A stretch of 64,000 bases of DNA from positions 960,001 to 1,024,000 of the forward strand of contig OY761556.1 in assembly GCA_963664705.1 (NCBI GenBank). The letters run 5' to 3'. The notes under the pieces are model-generated. The model saw only the letters and a list, made by a program, of their open reading frames with translations, was not told the origin of the DNA and made no database searches. Shown one piece after another: positions 18,870 to 28,318 of the stretch (position 1 is the first letter of the stretch; every line of letters starts with the position of its first letter). Origin of the DNA: Acidobacteriota bacterium (GTDB lineage: Bacteria; Acidobacteriota; UBA6911). The position numbers were made by a program, and so were the translations under genes.

Positions 18870-21242
18870 CTAGGGCAGATATTCCCAGAACTCTGTCCGG
18901 AGCCATCGGATCGCCCGCCGGGAGGCGATCTCGTAAATGCTTCTCTTGCCGCAGCGTATCTTTCCGACTCCTGTCATCCCCGCGCGCAAACTGCCGTCCG
19001 GGTTTGGCAACTCCCCCTGAACCGTCACGGTCTTCTGGTTGCCGCCCGAGGTCGCAACCGGGGCAATGCTTCGCACATGCGCTTCATACCAGCGGCGGGG
19101 ATACCCGCGCACTTTTATCGTAATGGGATAGCCCAAATGGATGTCCCCAATTTCCTTCTCCGGAACCGGCATCTCGACAATCATGGTCGAATTGCTGACG
19201 ATTTCGCAGAAGACATTCCCCTTGTCGAGGAAATCGCCGATCCTGTTGTGCAGATACGAAGTCGCCACCGTCCCGTCAATGGGACTCCGGATCTTCATCA
19301 ATTCTACCTGGCGGTCCAGGATCCGGAGCTTCTCTTCAAGCTTGTCCACCTGCGATTCCACCGCCCGGATCGATTCCTTCCGTGCGCCCGCCAGCAGTAT
19401 CTTCAGTTCGCTATGCGCCTGCGCCAGTTCTTTCTTTTTGACGTCCCTGTTCCGCTCGATCTGCTCTTCGAGAACGCTTAATTGCCCTTTGGCCGCCGAA
19501 ACTTCCTTTTGCTGCACTTCATAGGCGGTCCGGTCTCTGTCTACTTCATTCCGCGGGATCAGCTGCGCCTTCAGCAGGTTCTGCGCCCGCTCATAATTCA
19601 ACCTGGCATTGGCAAGCTCCGCTTCTTTTTTGGCCATGGTGTCCCGAAGCACCGCCCGTTCCTGGTCAACCTTGCCGATGCTGGCCAGTTCCGCATTTTT
19701 GGTTTCGATCAGACTTCTGGCTTTCTCGATTTCCTCGGGCCGCGTTCCTGCATTCAACAAATCCAGCGAGGCCTTTTGCGCCTGCAGCTCGCCTTTGACA
19801 TCCTCATAGCTGTTCGACAGCTCGAGGTTTTCGATTTCCGCGAGTACATCACCCGCGCGCACCTGGCTCCCCTGTTCGACATAGATCTTCTTGAGATTGC
19901 CCAGAACTTCCGGCGTTACCGACACTCTCCTGGAGGCGAGCATCGTAAAATCGCCGGATACCTTCATTTCCCAGGGCAGAAAGCCGGCCAGCAGGACCAG
20001 GAGGAGCAGAACCAGGATCAGAGGATTTTTTCGAAAACGTACAATCACCGCTTTGGTCACCTTCCCGGAAGCAGCTACATTATCCCTGCTCGCGACTGGA
20101 ACCGTCATAAAAAAAAGCGCCGAGATCAAAACCACGCCCCACGACTGATATTCTTCCACAAACCAGGCGCCCAGCCTCTGAAACATCACCCAGATGATCA
20201 GCAGCGTAAACAGAGAAGACGCGCTTCCGTAAATAAAAAACAACCGCTTCTCTCTGCGGCTCAGCATCTGTTCAGCGGAAGAACGACTCCCGGTCAGCAG
20301 CGAAAGGAGCCGGTTTTTCACATAGGCAAGGGCCTTCGGTCGCAGGTTCGGCACTTCGATGAGATCGCTCAGGAAATAGTAGCCGTCCAAACGGATCAAT
20401 GGATTGAAGTTGAGAATGGTCTGAATCGCGTTGAATGCTATCGCGATCAGGCATATCCGGCTTGCAAGCGTTTCCGTCGCCAGGAGTCTCCAGCCAATCG
20501 TTGCGATGGCCCAGAGAATGACCTGCGCATAGGCGCCGGCAAGTGTGATCCGGATCCGTTCTCTCTTTTTCAGCAGCCAGGCATCACTGACATTGCAGTA
20601 GAAAGCCGGAATAAAATAGAGGATCAGGAACCCCATCTCGGTTACCTTGCCTCCAAAATGCTTGAGGGCAAGGCCGTGGGCAAACTCATGAATGGTCATG
20701 ATCGCAAAGATGACAACCAATGCCGTCGGGATGGAGGAAATGGTAAAAATGGCTCCCATCGAGAGAAACAGGGACTCGCTGTTTAGTATCGAAATGATGG
20801 CGGATACGAGCGCTGCGATCCACACCAGCGCTGAAAAGGCGGGGGCAAAGCAGAAGCGCAGCCTGCGCTCCAACCGGGTGAGAAGCTGGTCCGGGTTAAA
20901 GGCGTGGATTTTGATCGACAGCAGACTTCGGATGATCGTTCGTTTTCTTGCGGCCGCGCCGCTCAGCTTATTCCAGCAGTATGGGTGATCCAGGAGCAGC
21001 AGCGCCTGCAGTTTTCCCAGGAATTCCCGCAACTGCTCTTCCGTGACAGGCGTCTGGTGCTTCTCGGTGACCTGGGCCGCGATGGCAGGCAGATCATTCT
21101 GCCCGTTCAAAAGATCAAGAACGGAAGCCTGCACCGGCGTGAATCGATAAAAGCGCAGAGTAACCGGATCTTTTACAACGACACCGGCATTCTGTTCCGA
21201 ACGAATGTCCAGATCCGATCGCAGCTTCGCATGATTCGCCAT
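18870..21242 (-). CDS. PqqD/RRE-like domain - M50 (site-2) intramembrane metalloprotease - HlyD-type membrane fusion protein
   Basis: N-terminal winged-helix-like segment (VVKDPVTLRFYRF...LLNG...EFLGKLQALLLL); HEFAH zinc motif; NFNPLIRLDGYY; then lipoyl-like VEQGSQVRAGDVL, a coiled coil, IRSPIDG and LRAGMTG. Confidence 0.9.
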   Translation of the reverse strand: MANHAKLRSDLDIRSEQNAGVVVKDPVTLRFYRFTPVQASVLDLLNGQNDLPAIAAQVTEKHQTPVTEEQLREFLGKLQALLLLDHPYCWNKLSGAAARKRTIIRSLLSIKIHAFNPDQLLTRLERRLRFCFAPAFSALVWIAALVSAIISILNSESLFLSMGAIFTISSIPTALVVIFAIMTIHEFAHGLALKHFGGKVTEMGFLILYFIPAFYCNVSDAWLLKKRERIRITLAGAYAQVILWAIATIGWRLLATETLASRICLIAIAFNAIQTILNFNPLIRLDGYYFLSDLIEVPNLRPKALAYVKNRLLSLLTGSRSSAEQMLSRREKRLFFIYGSASSLFTLLIIWVMFQRLGAWFVEEYQSWGVVLISALFFMTVPVASRDNVAASGKVTKAVIVRFRKNPLILVLLLLVLLAGFLPWEMKVSGDFTMLASRRVSVTPEVLGNLKKIYVEQGSQVRAGDVLAEIENLELSNSYEDVKGELQAQKASLDLLNAGTRPEEIEKARSLIETKNAELASIGKVDQERAVLRDTMAKKEAELANARLNYERAQNLLKAQLIPRNEVDRDRTAYEVQQKEVSAAKGQLSVLEEQIERNRDVKKKELAQAHSELKILLAGARKESIRAVESQVDKLEEKLRILDRQVELMKIRSPIDGTVATSYLHNRIGDFLDKGNVFCEIVSNSTMIVEMPVPEKEIGDIHLGYPITIKVRGYPRRWYEAHVRSIAPVATSGGNQKTVTVQGELPNPDGSLRAGMTGVGKIRCGKRSIYEIASRRAIRWLRTEFWEYLP

Positions 21243-21292
21243 CTCGAGCCTCTGTACAGAGATACGGGGGCTAGATTTCAGTATGGATGCGC

Positions 21293-21321
21293 ATCATAGT
21301 GTTAGATGCGGGCAATTGCAA
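21293..21321 (-). promoter_or_regulatory. sigma70-like promoter of the RRE-M50-HlyD gene
   Basis: TTGCAA-N17-TATGAT on the minus strand. Confidence 0.55.
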
Positions 21322-21368
21322 TGGGAATGAATTCCTATTTCGGTCCCGCCGCGGGACGCAGCTTCAAA

Positions 21369-21397
21369 TTGACTGACCGGGTCGAGTGCTGTATAAA
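21369..21397 (+). promoter_or_regulatory. sigma70-like promoter of the FGE-domain lipoprotein gene
   Basis: TTGACT-N17-TATAAA. Confidence 0.6.
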
Positions 21398-21439
21398 GAT
21401 TGGTTCGAACTAATCTAGGAAAGCCGCAAAAGGAGAATT

Positions 21440-22282
21440 ATGCTATTCAAAAAAGGTATCTTGGTTTTCATGGTGCTGGCCGTGGCTGTTGCGTTGTGCG
21501 GTTGTGGAAAAAAGTCTGAAGAGTCGCAGGGAGAAACCGCCGCGCCCGCAAAAGCTGTGGTAAACCCGGGGGAAATGGTTTTGATTCCTGCCGGCGAATT
21601 CATAATGGGCAGCAATATCAAGGGTAGCGACGGCAAAGAAACCCTTGCCTTTCCGGAACACAAAATGAATTTGCCCGCCTACTGGATTGATAAATATGAA
21701 GTAACAAACTTCCAGATGCTCGATTTCGCCATTAAAGAAAAATATACCGGCGAAGGCGCCAAAGAGGGAAAAGACTGGAGACTCTTTGCTACTCCGGACA
21801 AAGCGCTGGTCCCCGTTCAATATGTCACCTTCAACGATGCCCAAGCGTACTGCAAGTCCGTAGGGAAGAGACTTCCTACGGAAGCCGAGTGGGAAAAAGC
21901 CGCGCGCGGTGCGGATGGGAAAGCCTATCCCTGGGGGAATGAATGGGTAGACGGCCGCAGCAATACCGCCGAAACCGGACTTCTGAAGCCCGCTAATGTG
22001 GGCGAGTACGACGACGTGAGCCAGTATGGTGCCCACGATATGCTGGGCAATGTGCGGGAATGGACTTCGACCCCGTTTGAACTCTATGCCGGAAATACCG
22101 CCAAAAACCCGGGCAAAGGACGCTTTGTTGTCCGCGGCCTGTCCCCGAACCACAAGGGCAAAATGGCTCACCTGTGGGATCGCGACGGATATCCCGCCGC
22201 ATTTCTTGGCGATGTAGGCTTCCGTTGCGCCAAGGATGCAACTCCGGAAGATGCCGCCAAGGCTGCCGCACCGGCCAAGTAA
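21440..22282 (+). CDS. FGE-sulfatase (SUMF1)-domain lipoprotein
   Basis: Lipobox LCGC; IPAGEFIMG, YEVTN, RLPTEAEWEKAARG, DMLGNVREW and GFRCA motifs. Confidence 0.88.
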   Translation: MLFKKGILVFMVLAVAVALCGCGKKSEESQGETAAPAKAVVNPGEMVLIPAGEFIMGSNIKGSDGKETLAFPEHKMNLPAYWIDKYEVTNFQMLDFAIKEKYTGEGAKEGKDWRLFATPDKALVPVQYVTFNDAQAYCKSVGKRLPTEAEWEKAARGADGKAYPWGNEWVDGRSNTAETGLLKPANVGEYDDVSQYGAHDMLGNVREWTSTPFELYAGNTAKNPGKGRFVVRGLSPNHKGKMAHLWDRDGYPAAFLGDVGFRCAKDATPEDAAKAAAPAK

Positions 22283-22308
22283 AAATCGCTTTTCCTGTCT
22301 AAAACCAA

Positions 22309-22337
22309 AAAGGCTCAAGGAATCTCCTTGAGCCTTT
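22309..22337. terminator. bidirectional intrinsic terminator
   Basis: AAAGGCTCAAGGA-ATC-TCCTTGAGCCTTT, flanked by A and T tracts. Confidence 0.85.
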
Positions 22338-22361
22338 CGATTTTTATGGACAGCAAAAGAG

Positions 22362-23552
22362 CTAGAGCGCCCGCAAAAAGAAACACTTCAAATAGTGTGT
22401 TTCCGGCATCCCCGCCAGAATGGGATGATCACTGGCCTGGCTTCTGCGTTCGATGACCTGCACCTGCCGGCGCGCATCCTGCGCGGCCTCGCAGATCACG
22501 CCGAAAAAATCGTCCTCCAGCATGTGGTAGGAACAGCTCGAAGTGATGAGTATCCCCTCTGGTCGCAGCAGCTTCAGTGCCCGCAGATTTATTTCCTTAT
22601 AGCCGCTGCGGGCCCCCGCGAGTGCCTTGCGATTTTTGGCGAACGCGGGCGGATCCAGGCAAATCAGATCAAACAGCCGGCCGGCACTTTCCAGATCGCG
22701 CAGATAATCAAACACATTGGCTTCCACATACTCGATATTCCGGATTCCATTGAGCTCGCCGTTCCGGCGCGCCTGCACCAGCGAATCCTGCGAGATGTCC
22801 ACCGCCAACACCGATTCGCAGTTGGGCGCAAATTGAAGTGCAAACGCTCCCGTGTTGGTGAAGCAATCCAGAACCTGGCCGGAGGCGTACCTTCCTGCCT
22901 CCACCCTGTTCTGGCTTTGATCCAGGAAGAAACCGGTCTTTTGACCGTGGAGAAGATTTACGGACAGGCGTATGGCGCCTTCTTGGATAATGACTTCTTC
23001 CGGAATGCTGCCCCACACGACGCCGCTGGTCTCTTCGAGGCCTTCCAGTCTGCGTGCTTTCACATCGTTTCTTTCCATGATGCCTGACGGACTCACAATT
23101 TCCTTCAGCAGGTCAATCAGCAGGGGCTTTAGCGCATCAGCCCCGCTTGAAAGAGTTTGAAGTGCAAGGTAGTCGCCGTACCGGTCAATAATGATTCCCG
23201 GCAGCAGATCTCCTTCGCCAAAAACGAGGCGGCCTGCGGACGATGAGCCAAACTGGATTTGCCGGCGGGCAATGGAATGGAGGATTCGGTCTCGAAAGAA
23301 CTCTCGGCTGAGCGGTTCCGCATCCCGCGATAGCATGCGCAGGCGTATTTGCGATTCCCGGCTGTAAAAGGCATAGCCAAGAATATTCCCGGCCGCATCC
23401 ACGATTTGAACGATCGGAGGATTGCCTTCCACCTTTTCTTTCGCAACATCCCCGGCATAAATCCAGAGGTGTCCACGTCGAATGCGGCGGATGCCCGCCG
23501 GCGTTATCTGAACCTTATTGCTGACCGTGAATGGATTCAATGAGGACTCCAT
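22362..23552 (-). CDS. rlmI: RlmI-like SAM-dependent rRNA m5C methyltransferase
   Basis: PUA-like GHLWIY; GQKTGFFLDQ, LDPPAF, SSCS and PETHYLK motifs. Confidence 0.85.
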   Translation of the reverse strand: MESSLNPFTVSNKVQITPAGIRRIRRGHLWIYAGDVAKEKVEGNPPIVQIVDAAGNILGYAFYSRESQIRLRMLSRDAEPLSREFFRDRILHSIARRQIQFGSSSAGRLVFGEGDLLPGIIIDRYGDYLALQTLSSGADALKPLLIDLLKEIVSPSGIMERNDVKARRLEGLEETSGVVWGSIPEEVIIQEGAIRLSVNLLHGQKTGFFLDQSQNRVEAGRYASGQVLDCFTNTGAFALQFAPNCESVLAVDISQDSLVQARRNGELNGIRNIEYVEANVFDYLRDLESAGRLFDLICLDPPAFAKNRKALAGARSGYKEINLRALKLLRPEGILITSSCSYHMLEDDFFGVICEAAQDARRQVQVIERRSQASDHPILAGMPETHYLKCFFLRAL

Positions 23553-23564
23553 GTTCTTTGTAAG

Positions 23565-24875
23565 TTAATCCGCTTCAGAGTTCGGTGGAAACGCAGCCCG
23601 GACGTGCGCCATCGCCTCTTCACGACTGCGAATCGTCCCTTCAATCTGCAGGTCTTCAATTGCGCGGAGAATCGTTTTGAACAGCGGGCCGGGCGTGTAC
23701 CCCATGCCGATAAGATCCTCCCCGCTCAGCAAAGGCGCCGGGATCGGATGTTTCTCATATTGCGCCAGCTTTTCGATACAGAATCTGTAAGTGTCGATGC
23801 TTCGGCCGCCGCTCAGCCTGTCTACTCGATGGAGCTCGAGGTGAGATTCGATATCGGGCCGGTGCAGCAGCCTGTACAGCTCACTTTCCCGCAGCTCGCG
23901 CACTCTTCTGAACCGGCTGTGCATTGCCACCAGATCCACAATTTGGATCGTTTCCTCATTGGACAATCGCAGGCGGCGACAGATCGACTCCGCGATTCTG
24001 CTGCCCAATTCCGCATGTCTTTTGAGCAAATCCGGACTTCCCGAAGCGATAGCCTGTGGCTTGCCGACGTCGTGGAGCAAGGCTCCAAAGGCCAGGACCA
24101 GCGAAGGTTTTCGCAATAATTCGAGGAGGCGCCGGGTGTGCGCCAGAACGTCCTCCTGCGATTTCGACTGAAACGAGGTTGGGACTTCCCGCAGGGCATC
24201 GATTTCGGGCAAGACATATTTCAATATGCCGCTGGATTGGAGCAGGTCCAGACCCTGACTCGGCGCAGATCCAGTGAGGATCCGCGTCAGTTCATCCCGT
24301 ATGCGCTCCCAACTGACCTGTAGAATCTGCGGGGCCGACTCCTGGATCGCGATCCAGGTTTCCGGCACGATTGCAAACCCTAGCGTACACGAAAACCGCA
24401 GTGCGCGAAGCATGCGCAGCTTATCTTCGGAGAAGCGCAGCCCGGGATCTCCGATGGTCCGGATCAAACCGGACTCCAGATCCCTCCTGCCCTGAACATA
24501 GTCGATAATGCGGTCGTCGATGGGATCAAAAAAGAGACCATTGATGGTGAAGTCCCGTCGCAGGGCATCCTGTTCCGGTCCGTCGAAGGTGACCGCGGTC
24601 GGATGTCTTCCATCCAGATACTCGTGATCACTGCGAAAAGTTGCGACTTCGTAGAAGTGGCCGTACATCGGCACCTGGACGACGCCAAATTGCGCGCCGA
24701 TCAGGCGTGATCTCGGGAACAGCCGGTGCACTGCTTCCGGAAGGGCGCTGGTGGCAATGTCAATATCCTTGGGTTTTCGGTTCAGGAGATAATCCCGTAC
24801 CCAGCCTCCGGCAAAGAACGCCGCATGTCCATGAAGACGAAGTTTTTCCACAATGCGGCGGGCGGCTGTTCTCAT
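23565..24875 (-). CDS. cca: CCA-adding tRNA nucleotidyltransferase / poly(A) polymerase family
   Basis: GGWVRD, DIDIAT, RRDFTIN, EDKLRMLR, ERIRDE and LLHDVGK motifs. Confidence 0.85.
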   Translation of the reverse strand: MRTAARRIVEKLRLHGHAAFFAGGWVRDYLLNRKPKDIDIATSALPEAVHRLFPRSRLIGAQFGVVQVPMYGHFYEVATFRSDHEYLDGRHPTAVTFDGPEQDALRRDFTINGLFFDPIDDRIIDYVQGRRDLESGLIRTIGDPGLRFSEDKLRMLRALRFSCTLGFAIVPETWIAIQESAPQILQVSWERIRDELTRILTGSAPSQGLDLLQSSGILKYVLPEIDALREVPTSFQSKSQEDVLAHTRRLLELLRKPSLVLAFGALLHDVGKPQAIASGSPDLLKRHAELGSRIAESICRRLRLSNEETIQIVDLVAMHSRFRRVRELRESELYRLLHRPDIESHLELHRVDRLSGGRSIDTYRFCIEKLAQYEKHPIPAPLLSGEDLIGMGYTPGPLFKTILRAIEDLQIEGTIRSREEAMAHVRAAFPPNSEAD

Positions 24876-24920
24876 TCGATTCCGGAATCGTATGGATAAC
24901 GTCGGCGACGGCCGGCTTCG

Positions 24921-26039
24921 TCATCCCAGTTTTTCAAGATATTTGTTCCAGTTGTCTTCCCGAAACAGCTTCCGGAAAAGCGTGCGGTAGCGGGCAAAGG
25001 CTTTCTTGTCACCCAGCTTGTGATAGCTCAGAGCCATGCGGACATAGAACAGATCGTCATTCGGGAATCGCTTGGACAACTGCAGCGTTTTTTCACCCTC
25101 CTCCGCCGCTTCCTTGTAGCGGCCGAGTTCGTAGTAGTTGTCGGTCAGATAGCTTCGGGCCTCTGCCTTTTCCAGCTTGCTGCCCGATCCGCGGCGCAGC
25201 AATTCCAGCGTGATGATGAGCGACTTTTCGAAGGCTTCGAGCCGGAATTGGCATTCCGCCATTTTGAGGTAAACCCAGACGAGATCTTTCCGCTTCTCGG
25301 TGATTTCTTTCAGTTGGATCATCTTCTCGTAGGTTTCCAGGGCCATCTTATAATTCGAGAGTTGCCGATAGCAATCCGCCATCTTCAACTGCATTTCATC
25401 GCGCCGCTCGAATTGCGGATCCAGTTCCAGGACCTTTGAGAAGTGCTTGATGGCTTCCAGGTATTGCTTCAGGCCCATGTAATTATTGGCCATGGTTTCG
25501 TACAGATAGCTGAGTCCCGGATCATTGTCGCTGAGTACCTGGATGGCCTTCTGCGAATACCGGATGGCTTCTTCGTGTTTCCCGAGCGCTTCATAATTGC
25601 GGCTGATCCCCGCGAACAGCATCCAGCGTGTGTCCTTTTCCTGGCTGTCCACGTATGCTTCGCAGATCTTCCGGGCTTCCAGCGATTTGGCGGTTTTGCC
25701 GTGATACTCGTAAAGTGAACCCAGGTGAAAATGCACGAAACCGCACATGTCACGCATGAACTCCGGCTTGTCCGGCTCAAATAGCGCCGCGGATTTTGTC
25801 AGGCAGTCAAAGGCCTTTTTGTCATCGCCCGTGTTGTAATGGCAGATGCCGATGCGGCCCGTAAAATAAGCCTGGATGTTGTGTTCCTTTGCCAGCTTCA
25901 ATGCCTCGGCATATATTTTGACGGCTTCGGAGTAATTCTCTTTTTCAAACAATTCTTCCGCGTATGCGTCGTAGAGGGAAATTCGCTGTTCATTCGTATC
26001 TGCTTTTTTTAGCTGTGCGTTAAATTGTTGTCGATTCAC
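24921..26039 (-). CDS. tetratricopeptide-repeat protein
   Basis: Repeated A/G-x-x-Y-x-x-L-G...A...Y-x-K-A-L helices; GTG start after GGAGG. Confidence 0.85.
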   Translation of the reverse strand: MNRQQFNAQLKKADTNEQRISLYDAYAEELFEKENYSEAVKIYAEALKLAKEHNIQAYFTGRIGICHYNTGDDKKAFDCLTKSAALFEPDKPEFMRDMCGFVHFHLGSLYEYHGKTAKSLEARKICEAYVDSQEKDTRWMLFAGISRNYEALGKHEEAIRYSQKAIQVLSDNDPGLSYLYETMANNYMGLKQYLEAIKHFSKVLELDPQFERRDEMQLKMADCYRQLSNYKMALETYEKMIQLKEITEKRKDLVWVYLKMAECQFRLEAFEKSLIITLELLRRGSGSKLEKAEARSYLTDNYYELGRYKEAAEEGEKTLQLSKRFPNDDLFYVRMALSYHKLGDKKAFARYRTLFRKLFREDNWNKYLEKLG

Positions 26040-26153
26040 CGGTTGCCACCTCCGGAGCATTAGGGTAAAACCTACTATACAACACTTTCAGCAACATCTT
26101 CCTTTTTCATTAGTGCTTTGCGCGAAAAGTCCGCGTTTTCGCTTTGGAGCCGG

Positions 26154-26840
26154 TTATTGATGCACCAGGATGAATCCCGCGTGTACGTCCACCTTCTCGA
26201 TGTTGTCGAAAAGGCTGGATGGCTGCAAAGGGTCAAAAGGAGGATTCTGTTTTCGTCCTACCGCCGAAATGATCTCCTCCACGAGGGCTTTGGGAAGAGT
26301 GGTTGTGTCAAACCGGGCCTGCTCCAATCGGAAATACGCCTTTCCATTCCCGCTGACAAGCTGTCCCCGCGCTGTTAGCGTGTGTACGCCGGACAGCATG
26401 AAGCTGAGCAGTTTGGGCAAAACCTTGGTCGAGGTCGCTCCCAGGCGGTCAAAGTCGATGGCTGCGACTGCCTGCAGTTTGTCCTCCTCAAATTTGAAAA
26501 CCAGGTCTTTCAGGCTTGGATGATATCTCGATTTCAGATCCAGGGAGAGATAGGAATTTACCTCGGCTTCAGTGAATTGCGTTGCCTGCCTCTGCCCGGA
26601 CTTATGATGCGCGGCAAAATACTCAATGCTTTTCAGCTTGGAAGCGCACTGATTGGCTGCCGCTCTGGATATTCCCGGTCGAACGGATTCCGTTGCCGCT
26701 GCCCAACTGAGGAATAATCCCATGGCAAGGAATGCCAGCGGATATAGTGAGGCAAAGACGGGTTTCCCGACCGCGCAGCTATCGGATGATCCGGAGCGTG
26801 CGGTTCCACCGGGTTTTGGTGAAGAAATTGAGGAAGACAT
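26154..26840 (-). CDS. hypothetical exported/membrane-anchored protein (true start probably downstream of 26840)
   Basis: Co-oriented ORF filling the gap after lepB; hydrophobic segment followed by FTEAEVNSYL. Confidence 0.65.
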   Translation of the reverse strand: MSSSISSPKPGGTARSGSSDSCAVGKPVFASLYPLAFLAMGLFLSWAAATESVRPGISRAAANQCASKLKSIEYFAAHHKSGQRQATQFTEAEVNSYLSLDLKSRYHPSLKDLVFKFEEDKLQAVAAIDFDRLGATSTKVLPKLLSFMLSGVHTLTARGQLVSGNGKAYFRLEQARFDTTTLPKALVEEIISAVGRKQNPPFDPLQPSSLFDNIEKVDVHAGFILVHQ

Positions 26841-27438
26841 CGGCGAATTGTTTCAGTCGATCCGGTACGGTTGTTTGGAGGTACTCGTCCCTGGGCGTCT
26901 CGAAGGACCAGTAGATCACCAGTGCCTTGCCAAGAATATAGTCCCGCGGCACAAAGCCCCAGTAACGGCTGTCCTGGCTGTTATCCCTGTTGTCGCCCAT
27001 GGCGAAATACTTGTCCGGCGGCACATCGATGGGGCCAAAGTGATCATTGATGCTGCCGGGATCAATATACTGCGTATAGGTTTCCTTCAGCGGCTGGCCG
27101 TTGATGAGGATGGTGTGTCCCACCATTTCCAGTTTATCCCCGGGCATGCCGATCAGCCTTTTTACGTAAGCGACTTCCGGGCTGTTCGGGTATTTGAAGA
27201 CGATAACATCTCCCCGTTTGGGCGCTTTGTATGGAAAAAACCTGGACCAGAATCCGGAATGCAAACCATAAACGAATTTGTTGACCAGCAGATGGTCGCC
27301 GATGAGGAGATTGGATTCCATCGAGCCGGTCGGAATTTTAAACGCCTGCACGACGAAGGTTGTCGCAAATAAAGCGATAATGGCGGTGATCACGATGGAC
27401 TCGAAATATTCCCGAACCGTCGATTTTTGGAATTCCAT
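26779..27438 (-). CDS. lepB: signal peptidase I
   Basis: IPTGSME, YVKRLIG and MGDNRDNSQDSRYWG motifs; ATG 27438 after GGAGG. Confidence 0.95.
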   Translation of the reverse strand: MEFQKSTVREYFESIVITAIIALFATTFVVQAFKIPTGSMESNLLIGDHLLVNKFVYGLHSGFWSRFFPYKAPKRGDVIVFKYPNSPEVAYVKRLIGMPGDKLEMVGHTILINGQPLKETYTQYIDPGSINDHFGPIDVPPDKYFAMGDNRDNSQDSRYWGFVPRDYILGKALVIYWSFETPRDEYLQTTVPDRLKQFADVFLNFFTKTRWNRTLRIIR

Positions 27439-27564
27439 CGTTTTTCCCTCCGGCTTCATGGGTTTCCCAAAGGCAAATAATTTAGCATAGGGGGAGGATC
27501 GACACAACGGATTGAAAGCATGGGTATATAATCCCCTCATCCACATCGACTCTGGAGGCAGGCA

Positions 27565-28287
27565 ATGAACAAGGTGGCTCTGGTTACGGGTTCAACGAAT
27601 AATATCGGGAAAGCCATTGCGGAAACCCTGGCACGGCGCGGATTTCACGTTGTGATCACTTCGCGGAACGAGGAAGAGGCCCGGATGGTAGCGGAAGGCT
27701 TGTCGATTCCCGGATCGTATTTCCGGACGGATTTCTCGGAGGTGGCATCGATTGAGTCCCTGTTCGGTTTCATCGAAAGAAAACTGAACAGGCTGGATGT
27801 TCTGGTGAATAATGTCGCCTCTACAAAGAACGAATCGATATCCGACTGCGATCTGGCCACGTGGGAATACACCATCAATACGAATCTGCGCAGCTATTAT
27901 CTCTGCACTCGGCTTGCTTCCGAGATGATGAAAAAGCAGGGCGGCGGCTGCATCGTCAACGTGACGGTCTCCAGTTCAAGGGGATTAAAAAACAAGTTTT
28001 CCTATGTTGTGTCGAAAGGCGGGGTAAACAGCCTCACCCAATGTGCCGCTTTGGATCTGGCCCGATTCAATATACGGGTGAATGCCGTTGGTTCGGGGCT
28101 GGTTGGAACACCGGTTGGCTATCGGGAGTATGTGAACCGGCCCTTTGAGAATCCATCGATTCCACTGGGGCATATTGGAGAGCCTTCAGATGTTGCGGAG
28201 GCCACGGCTTTCCTGGTATCGGAGGAAGCCCGGTACATAACGGGAGCTCTATTGCCGGTGGACGGCGGGGTGAATGCAACGCTTTGA
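27565..28287 (+). CDS. short-chain dehydrogenase/reductase
   Basis: VALVTGSTNNIG, LVNN, YxxSK and YITG...VDGG motifs. Confidence 0.9.
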   Translation: MNKVALVTGSTNNIGKAIAETLARRGFHVVITSRNEEEARMVAEGLSIPGSYFRTDFSEVASIESLFGFIERKLNRLDVLVNNVASTKNESISDCDLATWEYTINTNLRSYYLCTRLASEMMKKQGGGCIVNVTVSSSRGLKNKFSYVVSKGGVNSLTQCAALDLARFNIRVNAVGSGLVGTPVGYREYVNRPFENPSIPLGHIGEPSDVAEATAFLVSEEARYITGALLPVDGGVNATL

Positions 28288-28318
28288 TGTCCGGTCTTCG
28301 ATGTGGGGAGGGGATGCC

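Noticed and set aside
19482-20786. 434-aa plus-strand ORF
   Set aside because: Antisense shadow of the M50-HlyD gene.
10324-21242. Interpretation as a modified-RiPP/bacteriocin cluster or an anti-phage STAND system
   Set aside because: No tailoring enzymes, immunity genes or toxic effector domains were seen; the outputs are sigma54 activation and c-di-GMP turnover. Tailoring in trans cannot be excluded.
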